64,000 nucleotides of DNA, taken from a virus. Below, in pieces: positions 30,705-40,839 of the stretch (positions within the stretch are counted from its first letter, which is position 1; each line of letters begins with the position of its first letter). A model generated the notes under the pieces. That model was not told the origin of the DNA. It searched no databases and saw only the letters and a list, made by a program, of their open reading frames with translations. Location: IMG/VR virus record IMGVR_UViG_3300023180_006024. One strand, given 5' to 3'. Both the position numbers and the translations under genes were made by a program.

Positions 30705-32771
30705 ATGGCAGGCTATGAAGTAAGATTTACAGATTTCACCAACAAAGGAGCAATAACTGTCGATGACAACTCCACAAACAGTGATGAAACATCTATTACA
30801 TTAATAGGTAGAAACTTTAGCGACTTTGGCGAACTGTTAAATACAAATCTTCTTCAAATGCTAGAGAACTTTGCTAACGCATCAAGCCCTAGCAATCCTG
30901 TTGAAGGGCAACTATGGTATGATAATACAACAGGTGTTGATCAACTAAAAGTATATGATGGTGCAGTGTGGGTAAGTGCCGGAGGCATCAAAAAAGCAAC
31001 TAGTGAACCAGAAGCAAGTTCTAGCACTATTGGAGATATTTGGGTTGATACTGCAAATAGTCAAGTTTATGTTTATACAGGCAGTGGTTATATTTTAGTT
31101 GGTCCAGACTATAGCGAAGGTGCTAGTACTGGTGCAAGGTTTGAAGAAGTTATAAACTCTACAAATATTACTGAAAATGTAGTTATTGACAGAGTAAACA
31201 ATGTTCCAGTTGCAATCACTGCACAAACTGAGTTTAGTTTAAAAAAGGCCGAAACAGGATTTCCTGTTTCAAATGTTCTTAAAAAAGGTATAAATCTTGC
31301 AAACGATGCAAAACTTTATGGTGTTGCAACAGCAGCAGAAAATCTAGTTATTTCAAATAGCAATATTTCAGCAGCTACTTTTGCAAGAAAAGACATTACA
31401 AATAACTTTACAAAATCACAAAACATAATTGATAATACTGGTTTGTCTATTGGAGAAAATGGTTTACTAAGATTAAGTATCACAGGTAGTACAGCGCAAA
31501 TTAGACACACAGCAACGGATGGTGCATTAGATTTTAAAACTAATGATTCGGGAACTGTGCGCACTGCAATACGTATCACACCAGACAGAAAAGTAGGTAT
31601 TGCAAACGAAGCACCTCAAGAGGCATTAGATGTTACAGGCAATGCTCAAGTAAGTGGTACTTTGAAAGTTAATAGTGGTAACGGTAGCACAAGTTTTAGC
31701 ACTGGTGCACTAGTTGTGTCAGGAGGACTTGGAGTAAGTCAAAACATGTATCTAGGCGGAAGTTTAGATGTTGCAGAAAGTCTTGTAGCAAAAAACATTA
31801 CCCCAAAAGATAATCTTTCTTATAACTTAGGTACAACTACTTTAAAATATAATAATGTGTATGCAAATAACTTTGTTGGTAATCTTACTGGTACAGTTAA
31901 CGGTAACATAAGTGGTACAAGTGCCTCTGCAGGAAAACTAGCTAGTCCTACTACATTTAGAATGTCGGGTCATGTTACTGCACCAGAGTTTACATTTGAC
32001 GGCAGCGGAACTAGCACAAAAGAGTTTGTAACAACTGTTAGTGAGGCATTTATCACTGGACAATCGTTATCAACTACTATCGAAGGCACAGACGATATAT
32101 TGATTGCCAGAGGCACAGACATTAAAAGAGTCAAGCAATCAACTTTAGTAAGCACAGTTCCAACTTTTACACTAGGCATGATTATGCCATATGCAGCAGA
32201 GGAACTTCCAGCATCAGAAGTTCTTTGGGTGTTATGTCACGGACAGGAACTTGTAAAAGCAAACTATCAATCACTTTATGATTTGATTGGAGATACATAT
32301 GGAGCACCCTCGAGTGCACTCTATTTTAAAGTTCCAGATTTAAGAGGTAGATATGTTTTAGGTCATGTTCCTGACGATGTATCTTATATCGATACAAACC
32401 GTGTATATGATAAAGCAAGCGAAAGTGATTCGTTTGGTGCTTCAAGTGTGATGGGCACAACAGCAGGTCAAGAAAGTGATTGGATTACAAAGGATCAGCT
32501 TCCAAATCACGAACACAGTTTAGAAGGTGATGCAGCAAATCAATACCTAGCAATGACAAATGCAGGCGATGGATCAGACACTGGTGCCGCAGCTAACAAC
32601 TTGTTAGGAAATACAGCAGGGTACGGAATAGACAGGACAGGCGGTGTTGAAGATGTAACATTCACAACAGAAAATATTGACAATGTCAATCAAGAGGTTG
32701 GTACCAAGTTTAAGGTTACTAGTCCTAGTGTTGTAATGAACTATATCATGTACATTGGACCATCTACATAA
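30705..32771 (+). CDS. tail fibre/baseplate protein with C-terminal tail-collar domain
   Basis: Shared N-terminal module LIGRN...LENFA...GQLWYD...LKVYDG; collar motif GMIMPYA...WVLCHGQ...LYDLIGDTYG...FKVPDLRGR. Confidence 0.8.
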   Translation: MAGYEVRFTDFTNKGAITVDDNSTNSDETSITLIGRNFSDFGELLNTNLLQMLENFANASSPSNPVEGQLWYDNTTGVDQLKVYDGAVWVSAGGIKKATSEPEASSSTIGDIWVDTANSQVYVYTGSGYILVGPDYSEGASTGARFEEVINSTNITENVVIDRVNNVPVAITAQTEFSLKKAETGFPVSNVLKKGINLANDAKLYGVATAAENLVISNSNISAATFARKDITNNFTKSQNIIDNTGLSIGENGLLRLSITGSTAQIRHTATDGALDFKTNDSGTVRTAIRITPDRKVGIANEAPQEALDVTGNAQVSGTLKVNSGNGSTSFSTGALVVSGGLGVSQNMYLGGSLDVAESLVAKNITPKDNLSYNLGTTTLKYNNVYANNFVGNLTGTVNGNISGTSASAGKLASPTTFRMSGHVTAPEFTFDGSGTSTKEFVTTVSEAFITGQSLSTTIEGTDDILIARGTDIKRVKQSTLVSTVPTFTLGMIMPYAAEELPASEVLWVLCHGQELVKANYQSLYDLIGDTYGAPSSALYFKVPDLRGRYVLGHVPDDVSYIDTNRVYDKASESDSFGASSVMGTTAGQESDWITKDQLPNHEHSLEGDAANQYLAMTNAGDGSDTGAAANNLLGNTAGYGIDRTGGVEDVTFTTENIDNVNQEVGTKFKVTSPSVVMNYIMYIGPST

Positions 32772-32783
32772 GCAGGAGTAAAT

Positions 32784-34613
32784 ATGAGTTATAAAATAAA
32801 CAAAACAGACGGTACATTACTTGTAGATCTTGTAGATGGTAAAATAGATTCAGATTCCATAGATGTAACACTTATAGGTAGAAATACCACAAGTTATGGC
32901 GAAGTTATGAATGAAAACTTTGTCAAGATATTGGAGAACTTTGCCAATGCAGCCGAACCTGATAATCCACTACGTGGACAAATATGGTACGATACAAGCG
33001 ATGGACGTTTAAAAGTATTTGACGGCACAAGATTTAGAAATACAGACACTACAGTTCTTGGAGCAAGTCAACCTACAATGCTTGCAGGCGATATTTGGAT
33101 TGATAGTGCAAATCAACAAATGTATTTTAGTGATGGTGTAGATGTAATACTTGCAGGACCTACGTATACAAGCACACAGGGCTACACAGGAGTTGAACCA
33201 GTAACATTAGTTGACAGATTTGGACAAAGAAAAACTGTAACGATTTACAAGATTGGAAACCAACCTGCAATGTTGATCAGTAGAGAAGCATTTACTGCTG
33301 CTTCAACAACTGACAATCTTACAAAACTCACAGGATTTACAACGGCTATTAAATCGGGTATCACGATTGCAACTGCACTTAGTGATTTTTCTTTTTATGG
33401 AAACGCAGATAGCACAACAAAGTTGAGCGACGGTACTACTACTTTTGTCCCTAATGATTTTTTAATAAAAGCATCAACTAGTACTCAAGAAGTTTCAGCA
33501 AGATTGCAAGTTACCAACATTGAAGGTTTAAAAGTTGGACCAAATCTAGAAATATTACTAAAAGCTGAAACCAATAAGGTTGTATTACGATCTACTTCTA
33601 ATACAGATGATTTAGCGTTACAAGTTACAAGATCTAATGTACCAACAGATGCTATTTTTATAGACAATGATGTGTTTAGATTAGGATTTAAAACTTCAAC
33701 TCCAGAATATGATTTTGATTTTGCTGGAGATATGAGAGTTACAGGCGACCTAACAGTTCAAGGTGACACTACATATATTTCTACACAAACACTACAACTT
33801 GAAGATCATCAGATTGAGTTGGCAGTTGCAGATGATAGTAGTACATATCCTGATAGTGCTGCTATTGATGACGCAGGTATTGTTATTCGCGGCGGTCCTG
33901 AAGGTTACGAATCTAATACAAAGTCTTGGACTTGGAAAAATGCAACTGACGCTTGGACTCCACATGCCTACATAGATTTACCTTCTGGATATCATTATAA
34001 AATAGGCGGATCTGAAGTGCTATCATCAACTGCACTTGCAACAAGTGTTACTAGTGCATTAGGCATAACACAGATTGGTACATTAACAGAACTTACAGTT
34101 GATAACTTTACTTTTAACAGTAGTACATTAACAATGGCTACTCCTTTAACTCTTACAATCGGCGGCGATATTACATTTACAAATGAAAACAAGTTACTTA
34201 ATGTAGGAACACCAGATGTTAGCGATGATCCAAACACTGCTGCAACAAAAGAATATGTTGATAATGCATCATTAGAACGTGACGAAGCATTTTCTTTAGA
34301 TACAACAGGATTAACAGACGTACAAATAGCTGATGTTATTGAAGATTTATTTCCAGCTATAACAAAAAACCCTGGAGTATATTGTAAAGTGCATTGTACT
34401 AGTTATAGTGGTACATACGCTTATGACGCAGGCGATGGACTTACAAAAAGTTTTGTTACAGTTGACAAAAACGGCGTTGAAAACCAAAGTGTTTTACAAG
34501 ACGTTGCATTTGCTGAACAAACAAACCAAACTGTTACACTCACAGTAACACGAACATTAAAAAGATTTGTAGTAAACGGTGCTCAGCAATGGGAGTTTGA
34601 TACGGATTTATAG
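32784..34613 (+). CDS. tail fibre/baseplate protein, paralogue 2
   Basis: Same N-terminal module (LIGRN..YGE..NENF..LENFA...GQIWYD); AATKEYVD fibre repeat. Confidence 0.7.
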   Translation: MSYKINKTDGTLLVDLVDGKIDSDSIDVTLIGRNTTSYGEVMNENFVKILENFANAAEPDNPLRGQIWYDTSDGRLKVFDGTRFRNTDTTVLGASQPTMLAGDIWIDSANQQMYFSDGVDVILAGPTYTSTQGYTGVEPVTLVDRFGQRKTVTIYKIGNQPAMLISREAFTAASTTDNLTKLTGFTTAIKSGITIATALSDFSFYGNADSTTKLSDGTTTFVPNDFLIKASTSTQEVSARLQVTNIEGLKVGPNLEILLKAETNKVVLRSTSNTDDLALQVTRSNVPTDAIFIDNDVFRLGFKTSTPEYDFDFAGDMRVTGDLTVQGDTTYISTQTLQLEDHQIELAVADDSSTYPDSAAIDDAGIVIRGGPEGYESNTKSWTWKNATDAWTPHAYIDLPSGYHYKIGGSEVLSSTALATSVTSALGITQIGTLTELTVDNFTFNSSTLTMATPLTLTIGGDITFTNENKLLNVGTPDVSDDPNTAATKEYVDNASLERDEAFSLDTTGLTDVQIADVIEDLFPAITKNPGVYCKVHCTSYSGTYAYDAGDGLTKSFVTVDKNGVENQSVLQDVAFAEQTNQTVTLTVTRTLKRFVVNGAQQWEFDTDL

Positions 34614-34631
34614 TTTCCAGCGTATAACTGG

Positions 34632-34637
34632 TAAATA
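34632..34637 (+). promoter_or_regulatory. late promoter core (TAAATA)
   Basis: TAAATA in the 34614-34663 gap upstream of the fibre gene. Confidence 0.5.
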
Positions 34638-34663
34638 CATAAACATAACAAGGTTAGGTAACT

Positions 34664-36232
34664 ATGGCATATACAATTAATAGATTCAATGGAACTGTTC
34701 TTACAAGTGTTGAAGACGGAACAGTTGATCAAACAACAGATTTAAAACTGATAGGTAAAAACTATTCAGGATATGGTGAAGCACAAAACGAAAACTTTTT
34801 GTTTTTATTGGAAAACTTTTCAGGAACTGCTGCACCAACAAAACCTATTACTGGTCAACTATGGTTTGACAACAGTGGTAATAGACTGAAAGTTTATGAT
34901 GGTACACAATGGAAAGGTACAGGTGGTGCCGAGGTAGCCGCTGCTACTCCAACTAGTAGAGCAGAAGGTGATTTATGGTGGAATACAACAACTGATCAGC
35001 TTTATGGTTTAAATGAATCTAACACTTGGGTATTGATTGGACCGCAAAAAGCAGGCACAGGTACAACTTCTATGCAAAGTTTTACAATCTTTGAAGACAG
35101 TACAGGTGTAGCTAAATCAGTGATTGCAGCCGTAACAAACAATAAAATCGTATCTATTATTAGTCCTAACAATGATTTTGTTCCTGCTGTTAATACATTA
35201 CAAACAGAAATACCTGCAGAAATAAAAACTGCCACAGGTGAACTAAAAACTGCTGGTGTATTTCCTACAATCAAAAAAGGTATCACATTATTTGGTGCAG
35301 CATCTGACGGTAACACATATACATCGGATCATTATTTTTGGGGAACAGCAGCCGCAGCTAATGGTCTAGTTGACGGTTCTGGTGTATATCACGCAGAAAA
35401 TGAATATGTTAAAACAGCGTCTTTAGATTTTAGATCAGGTGCAACTGCTGCACAGTTTCCAGATCAAGGATTTACAGTAGGTACTGATAATGCAGATATT
35501 ACAATGCGTATTAGACAGGCAGGAGATCCAAGCGGTGACGGCGTAACAGGAGACACTCCTGTGCTAGAGTTAGATCATAATATGCTTGAGTTTTTATCAA
35601 GTGGTGCAAGCACAACTATTGCTACACTTACAAATACTCATTTTTATCCATTTGGAAACTCAACTTATACATTAGGTAAAAGCACAAACAAGTTTTTAAA
35701 TGTACACGCAACAACATTTACTGGTCAAGCAACTGCTGCTGATACATTATCAGTAGGTGGTACAAACAGAAGTGCTGCAACTGCTGCAACACCAAATACT
35801 ATTGCTGCACGTGATGGCAGCGGAAACATTACAGCAAATGTTTTCACTGGTACTGCAACAAAAGCTCGATATGCTGACCTTGCAGAAAAGTACACAGTAG
35901 AAGAAGGTGTAGAGCATCCGGTAGGAACAGTTATGATGGTTGGCAAAAACAGCAAGTTTGAGATTGAGCCATATCAACTTGGGGGTGTAGCAGTTGGTGT
36001 TATAAGTGAAAAACCTGCTTACCTTATGAATGAAGATTGTGATGGACAGCCTATTGCATTAAAAGGTCGTGTTCCTGTTAAAGTTGTATTTCCGGTAGGA
36101 AAAGGACAAAAACTTTACGGTTGGTCAGATGGCACTGCATCTACTATTCCTACTGACACAGTTGTAGGTGTAGCTTTAGAATCAAATACAGCTCAAGAAG
36201 AGAAATTAGTTGAGGTATTACTACAGGTATAA
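34664..36232 (+). CDS. tail fibre protein, paralogue 3, with C-terminal autocleaving-chaperone-like (peptidase G2-like) domain
   Basis: Same N-terminal module; C-terminal ARYADLAEKY...GVISEKPAYLMN...ALKGRVPVKV...GVALE. Confidence 0.7.
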   Translation: MAYTINRFNGTVLTSVEDGTVDQTTDLKLIGKNYSGYGEAQNENFLFLLENFSGTAAPTKPITGQLWFDNSGNRLKVYDGTQWKGTGGAEVAAATPTSRAEGDLWWNTTTDQLYGLNESNTWVLIGPQKAGTGTTSMQSFTIFEDSTGVAKSVIAAVTNNKIVSIISPNNDFVPAVNTLQTEIPAEIKTATGELKTAGVFPTIKKGITLFGAASDGNTYTSDHYFWGTAAAANGLVDGSGVYHAENEYVKTASLDFRSGATAAQFPDQGFTVGTDNADITMRIRQAGDPSGDGVTGDTPVLELDHNMLEFLSSGASTTIATLTNTHFYPFGNSTYTLGKSTNKFLNVHATTFTGQATAADTLSVGGTNRSAATAATPNTIAARDGSGNITANVFTGTATKARYADLAEKYTVEEGVEHPVGTVMMVGKNSKFEIEPYQLGGVAVGVISEKPAYLMNEDCDGQPIALKGRVPVKVVFPVGKGQKLYGWSDGTASTIPTDTVVGVALESNTAQEEKLVEVLLQV

Positions 36233-36235
36233 ATA
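36228..36235 (+). promoter_or_regulatory. exact T4 late promoter TATAAATA
   Basis: TATAAATA overlapping the stop of the upstream gene; AAGGA RBS and ATG 36254 follow. Confidence 0.7.
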
Positions 36236-36253
36236 CCCTAGTAAAGGAATGAT

Positions 36254-37141
36254 ATGGCAGTAGGAGAAATAATCACAGTAACTAGGTACAACCAAATGCA
36301 AGCAAAGGTTGCTCTAGTTTACGGAAATGGTTCAGGTACATATGGATATGGACAAACACTGAATAGTTCAGCAGTATCAACCTCAGATACTGTGAATGCT
36401 TTTCATATGACAAACTTAAAATCAGATATGACTAATGCTAGAGTGCACCAAACAGGTGCTGCACCTACTTTGTCTAATGTAGTAGCCCAAGAAGATATCA
36501 CTGATGCAGTGTATGCACAGTATGAAACTCAATCGACAAACATTTTAAATGACGCTGCTCTTATATTTGCAACAACACAAGCAAGTGCAGAAGATAAACT
36601 TACTACTCAAAGAACAACAAACTGGGGCGGCACTTCTGAAGTGCAAAGTGTAGAGCATCATTTTACAGTTACATTTAATTCAGAAGATCATAGAAGACAT
36701 TTTTTTAATAGTGGCGGAGAAATACGTTTGACTGCTAGTTTAACTGGTGGCACAGGTTCTAAATACACAGAATGGAACGGTATGCTGTCTGCTCTAGGTA
36801 CAATAAAAGTTACATCGCAAAATACTACTGCTGATAGCGGCACTAGTTCTGGATTAGGAAACTTTGATTTAACAACATCGTATCAAACTTTACTTATAAA
36901 AACAGGTAGTGGTGTATATGTCGATAATGACTATACACTTAAAGCAAAAGCAAATGGAGCAGTGATTACATTTGTTGCAGAATTTAATGATGATGCAGCA
37001 GGCAGCGGTGCTGGCGGCCATGGTCCTATAGACGAATCAGTAACTGGCACACTTACAAGTTCTGTAAGTCAACTTAGAGCAACAGGTTCGTATGTTGAGG
37101 TAGCCACTCCAATATATAATACAACAACATCTTTAGCTTGA
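36254..37141 (+). CDS. virion structural protein (paralogue of 37186-38205)
   Basis: T/S/G-rich; FFNSGGEIR, KTGSGVY.DNDYT and PIDE.VTGTLTS are shared with the next gene. Confidence 0.65.
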   Translation: MAVGEIITVTRYNQMQAKVALVYGNGSGTYGYGQTLNSSAVSTSDTVNAFHMTNLKSDMTNARVHQTGAAPTLSNVVAQEDITDAVYAQYETQSTNILNDAALIFATTQASAEDKLTTQRTTNWGGTSEVQSVEHHFTVTFNSEDHRRHFFNSGGEIRLTASLTGGTGSKYTEWNGMLSALGTIKVTSQNTTADSGTSSGLGNFDLTTSYQTLLIKTGSGVYVDNDYTLKAKANGAVITFVAEFNDDAAGSGAGGHGPIDESVTGTLTSSVSQLRATGSYVEVATPIYNTTTSLA

Positions 37142-37185
37142 CAAAACTGTTTTAATATGTAATAAATGTACAAAGGAGAATAGTT

Positions 37186-38205
37186 TTGGTAGCAACTGGC
37201 GGAAAAATCTTAGCAACTGATTACAATAGTATGCGTACTAATGTAACTGGTATTTTGGTTGCTTTGTGGGGCCAGAGTGCAACTAGTAGCAACGTATCTG
37301 CTACAGTTGACAGCGTTACCGAGGACCAACTATTTGATTTATATATTGATATACAAAAAGTTTCAGTACATCAAACTGGTGCTTTAGATGCTACTATAGC
37401 TGCTGTTAGTGCAGGAAACACTATCGGCGCAGATACTAGTTTCAACTTTAATACATCTACTGGTACTAAAACAGCTATCACAGATGGTACGTTAATGGGA
37501 TTTAATGACTATATTAATGCTGTGACAACAATACAAAACTTTGATGATGAAGTAACAGGTTATCCCCCTCCTAACTTTGATATTAGTTCTCCAGAAACTA
37601 GCCAAAGAACTACTCAATGGGGCGGAGCAAGCGAAGTACAAAGTGTTTATCATGTAATGACTGTAACATGGACTAATGCATCACAAAGAGCATTTTTCTT
37701 CAATGCAGGTGGATCTATCAAGTTTGATGCAAGTCTAACAGGTTCAAGTGGTGCAAAAGGCACAGATTGGGCAAGTATGCTGTCTGCAATGGCAACTATT
37801 GATTTTGACAAATATGCAACAACTGCATCAAGTGGTACACCAGCATTAAACAGCGGTTTTGATGATCTAACTTCGAACTATCAGATTATTTTTACAAAAA
37901 CAGGTAGTGGCGTATACGCAGATAACGATTATACAATATCTGCACGTTTAGATGGTACCACTGCTGTAAGATTTAGAATCGAGTTTAATGACGGCGATGT
38001 TGGTGAAGGTGGTCAAGGGATCGGCGGAGTTAATGATCCTATTGACGAAACTGTAACAGGAACACTAACAAGCAATGTTCGTACTAGTACACCAAATAGT
38101 AGTTTTACAGTTAATGCAGTAAACTATACAGCTTGTAGTCTTACAGCACCCACAATGTCTACAAGCACAAACATTTCTCAAGATTTAAGTACTCCTCCTA
38201 CATAA
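37186..38205 (+). CDS. virion structural protein (paralogue of 36254-37141)
   Basis: TTG start with AAGGAG; FFNAGGSIK, KTGSGVYADNDYT, PIDETVTGTLTS. Confidence 0.65.
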   Translation: MVATGGKILATDYNSMRTNVTGILVALWGQSATSSNVSATVDSVTEDQLFDLYIDIQKVSVHQTGALDATIAAVSAGNTIGADTSFNFNTSTGTKTAITDGTLMGFNDYINAVTTIQNFDDEVTGYPPPNFDISSPETSQRTTQWGGASEVQSVYHVMTVTWTNASQRAFFFNAGGSIKFDASLTGSSGAKGTDWASMLSAMATIDFDKYATTASSGTPALNSGFDDLTSNYQIIFTKTGSGVYADNDYTISARLDGTTAVRFRIEFNDGDVGEGGQGIGGVNDPIDETVTGTLTSNVRTSTPNSSFTVNAVNYTACSLTAPTMSTSTNISQDLSTPPT

Positions 38206-38208
38206 AAC

Positions 38209-38237
38209 TTGACTTTTTGTTTTCACTAATATATAAT
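38209..38237 (+). promoter_or_regulatory. near-consensus sigma70 promoter at the head of the modification island
   Basis: TTGACT(38209-14)-N17-TATAAT(38232-37), then AAGGAG RBS and ATG 38258. Confidence 0.75.
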
Positions 38238-38257
38238 AATTTAAAAGGAGTTCTTCA

Positions 38258-38605
38258 ATGGATGAAAGACTAGAAAAAGCTCTTGACTTCAGTAACTATA
38301 TGATTACTTTAGACAATACAAAAAGAGTTTTAAAAGAACAATATCAAGATGATCTATTACATTTTTGTAATGGTGGGCAGTTTACAGTAACTCCTGGACT
38401 TGTAAGTTTTTGTCAAAGTTTATTAGCACTAGGGCAAGAAGAAACTGTGATTATTGATGATAATGATATTCCTATTCATATTGAAGATTTAAAAAAGTTT
38501 GCTAATGAAATGGTTAATGTTTACACAAAAGCTGCAAACAAGTATATTACAGAATATAACAAGTTAAAAGTAAACAGAACAGTTGAAGGTATTATTGAAG
38601 TATGA
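38258..38605 (+). CDS. hypothetical protein
   Basis: 115-aa ORF with a strong RBS, coupled to the next gene. Confidence 0.6.
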   Translation: MDERLEKALDFSNYMITLDNTKRVLKEQYQDDLLHFCNGGQFTVTPGLVSFCQSLLALGQEETVIIDDNDIPIHIEDLKKFANEMVNVYTKAANKYITEYNKLKVNRTVEGIIEV

Positions 38606-39447
38606 GTCAAGGTGTTGTACTTATAGCTAGAAATAATACCGAAATCGACTATATTAAGCAAGCAGTTTTTCTTGCAAAACGTATAAGCAAGTATTTAAAC
38701 TTGCCCACAACATTGATCACTGATAACATTGAATATCTACACAAAACTTATCCAAAAGATATAGATGTATTTGATAAAGTTATTGAGATTGACAATGATA
38801 AAAAGTATAGTTACAAAAAATATTTTGATGGTATTTTTTCAAAAAAACAACTAGAGTTTAAAAATGGAAATCGTAGTAGTGTATATGATTTAACACCATA
38901 TGAAGAAACATTATTACTAGACACTGATTTTGTAGTATCTAATAATATTTTTAAAAATTGTTTTAACCAATCTAAAGATTTTTTGATATATGATTCTGCT
39001 TATGATTTTGCAGGGTGGAGAGATCCTAACGAGTTTACATATATAAGCGAAATAGGACCAAAGTTTTATTGGGCAACTTGTGTATTTTTTAGAAAGACTG
39101 AGCAAAATAAAATATTTTTTGATTTAGTATCGCACATACAAGATCATTATGCACATTACAGAAATCTATACAAATTAAATACAAATGTATTTAGAAATGA
39201 TCATGCATTTAGTATTGCAATACATATTATGAATGGATTTACAGATAATAACTTTGCAGGTAAAATGCCAGGAACAATGTATTATTGCACTGACAAAGAC
39301 GTACTTTTAGATTTACGAGAAGACAACTTTTTGTTTTTAGTTCAAAAAAGAAATGAAAGTAACGAATATACTCCTTTAAGAATAAAAGGTAGTAATGTGC
39401 ATGTTATAAACAAGTACAGTTTGAATAGGATTATTGATAATGCCTAA
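38602..39447 (+). CDS. GT-A glycosyltransferase (GT8-like nucleotide-diphospho-sugar transferase)
   Basis: YIKQA..LA..I...LITD; TPYEETLLLDTD (DxD); RND.AF. Confidence 0.7.
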   Translation: MSQGVVLIARNNTEIDYIKQAVFLAKRISKYLNLPTTLITDNIEYLHKTYPKDIDVFDKVIEIDNDKKYSYKKYFDGIFSKKQLEFKNGNRSSVYDLTPYEETLLLDTDFVVSNNIFKNCFNQSKDFLIYDSAYDFAGWRDPNEFTYISEIGPKFYWATCVFFRKTEQNKIFFDLVSHIQDHYAHYRNLYKLNTNVFRNDHAFSIAIHIMNGFTDNNFAGKMPGTMYYCTDKDVLLDLREDNFLFLVQKRNESNEYTPLRIKGSNVHVINKYSLNRIIDNA

Positions 39448-40270
39448 CTTTACTATGTTAGCAGAAAATAAAAACAGTGATTATATAAAGCAAGCCTATC
39501 TTGCTGCATGTAGTATTAAACGATATAATAAAAATGCAAATATCTGTTTGATTACAAATGATGAAGTAAGTGCAAAACAAAAAGCAGTATTTGATGAGAT
39601 TGTAGATATTCCGTGGTATAGCGAAACTGAATCTAGATTTAGTGCTGAACACAGATGGAAAGTGTATCATGCTACACCGTTTGATAAAACATTTGTATTA
39701 GACACAGATGTATTAGTTTTAGAAAATATTGAACACTGGTGGAACTTTTTAGAAAAGAAAGATTTGTATTTTACATCAAATGTAAAAACTTACAGAGGAA
39801 CAAAATACACAACTAACTACTACAGGCAATCATTTAGAACACATCAACTTCCTGATATTTATTGTGCATTATATTATTTTAAAAAGTGTGACTTTTCGCA
39901 TAAGTTTTTTAAACTACTAGAAATGATAATGAATAACTGGGAGATGTTTTATGGACAGTTTGCAGGAGGTAAATACTTTCAGAAGTTTCCAAGTATGGAT
40001 GTAAGTTGTGCTATTGCTGTAAAGTTGCTTAACATTGATAAACAAGTAACTAGTAATACAAGTTTTCCTAATATTACACACATGAAGTTGCACGGACAAG
40101 ATTGGTGGGATATTAAGACCGAGACATGGCAAGATAAAGTTGGCGTGTATTTAGATAACGATTGCGACTTGTTTATTGGTAACTACAAACAATCTGGTGT
40201 TTTTCATTATACTGAAAAAGACTTCCTTACTGACGAAATAGTTGAGATATTTGAAAAAGGAATAGCATGA
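39434..40270 (+). CDS. GT-A glycosyltransferase (paralogue of the upstream gene; likely ATG start 39440)
   Basis: YIKQAYLAA.SI...LITND; TPFDKTFVLDTD (DxD); C-terminal FHY.EK. Confidence 0.7.
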   Translation: MIMPNFTMLAENKNSDYIKQAYLAACSIKRYNKNANICLITNDEVSAKQKAVFDEIVDIPWYSETESRFSAEHRWKVYHATPFDKTFVLDTDVLVLENIEHWWNFLEKKDLYFTSNVKTYRGTKYTTNYYRQSFRTHQLPDIYCALYYFKKCDFSHKFFKLLEMIMNNWEMFYGQFAGGKYFQKFPSMDVSCAIAVKLLNIDKQVTSNTSFPNITHMKLHGQDWWDIKTETWQDKVGVYLDNDCDLFIGNYKQSGVFHYTEKDFLTDEIVEIFEKGIA

Positions 40271-40839
40271 GCGTATTTGTAAATGTTGACAAATATGTGT
40301 CATTTGATGAAAATGGCACACTCTTAGGTATTTACAACAGAGAACCTACTGATGCAAACTACATCAAAGTAGAGCCTAGTGATGTGGAAACATTAATCAC
40401 AGGTAAAGAGCAGTTTAGACATTATCTAGTTATATTTGATAGTGATCAAAAAAAGCATGTTCTAAAACATATCTATAATGAAGATAACTACATGCCAAAT
40501 ATCAATGATCAAATATTTAAACTTCCTAGAACAAAAAACAATCCAGACTTAACTGTAACACAAGACATAAAAAATAAAAAATGGACATTTACAGTTGCAG
40601 AAGAAATATGCGAAAACTTTAGAAAAAATAACTTAAACTTTAACCAAGTAATGGGTTTTAGTATTACACGTAAAAATAATCCAAATCATTTACATCGTTT
40701 TTTTACTATTGACATTTCTAGTGTGATTACAGGTGATTATTCTATTGACTTTGACAGCGATTTAGAACTTGACCCTGACGGGTTTAGCGTGTATACTTCT
40801 AAGAGACTAGAAAGTTATTATCACGAGGTATTACTATGA
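40267..40839 (+). CDS. hypothetical protein
   Basis: 190-aa ORF translationally coupled on both sides. Confidence 0.55.
   Translation: MSVFVNVDKYVSFDENGTLLGIYNREPTDANYIKVEPSDVETLITGKEQFRHYLVIFDSDQKKHVLKHIYNEDNYMPNINDQIFKLPRTKNNPDLTVTQDIKNKKWTFTVAEEICENFRKNNLNFNQVMGFSITRKNNPNHLHRFFTIDISSVITGDYSIDFDSDLELDPDGFSVYTSKRLESYYHEVLL

Noticed and set aside
34616-34632. Small hairpin CCAG-N7-CTGG as a terminator
   Set aside because: The stem is only about 4 bp and has no U-tract.
37138-37166. TTGACA possible sigma70 promoter before 37186
   Set aside because: The -35 is perfect but there is no good -10 at 17-bp spacing (AATAAA); TTGACA at 49255 fails in the same way.
36254-38205. Diversity-generating retroelement template/variable repeat pair
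   Set aside because: The similar segments are short, both coding, and differ mainly at synonymous positions rather than adenines only; no reverse transcriptase is present.
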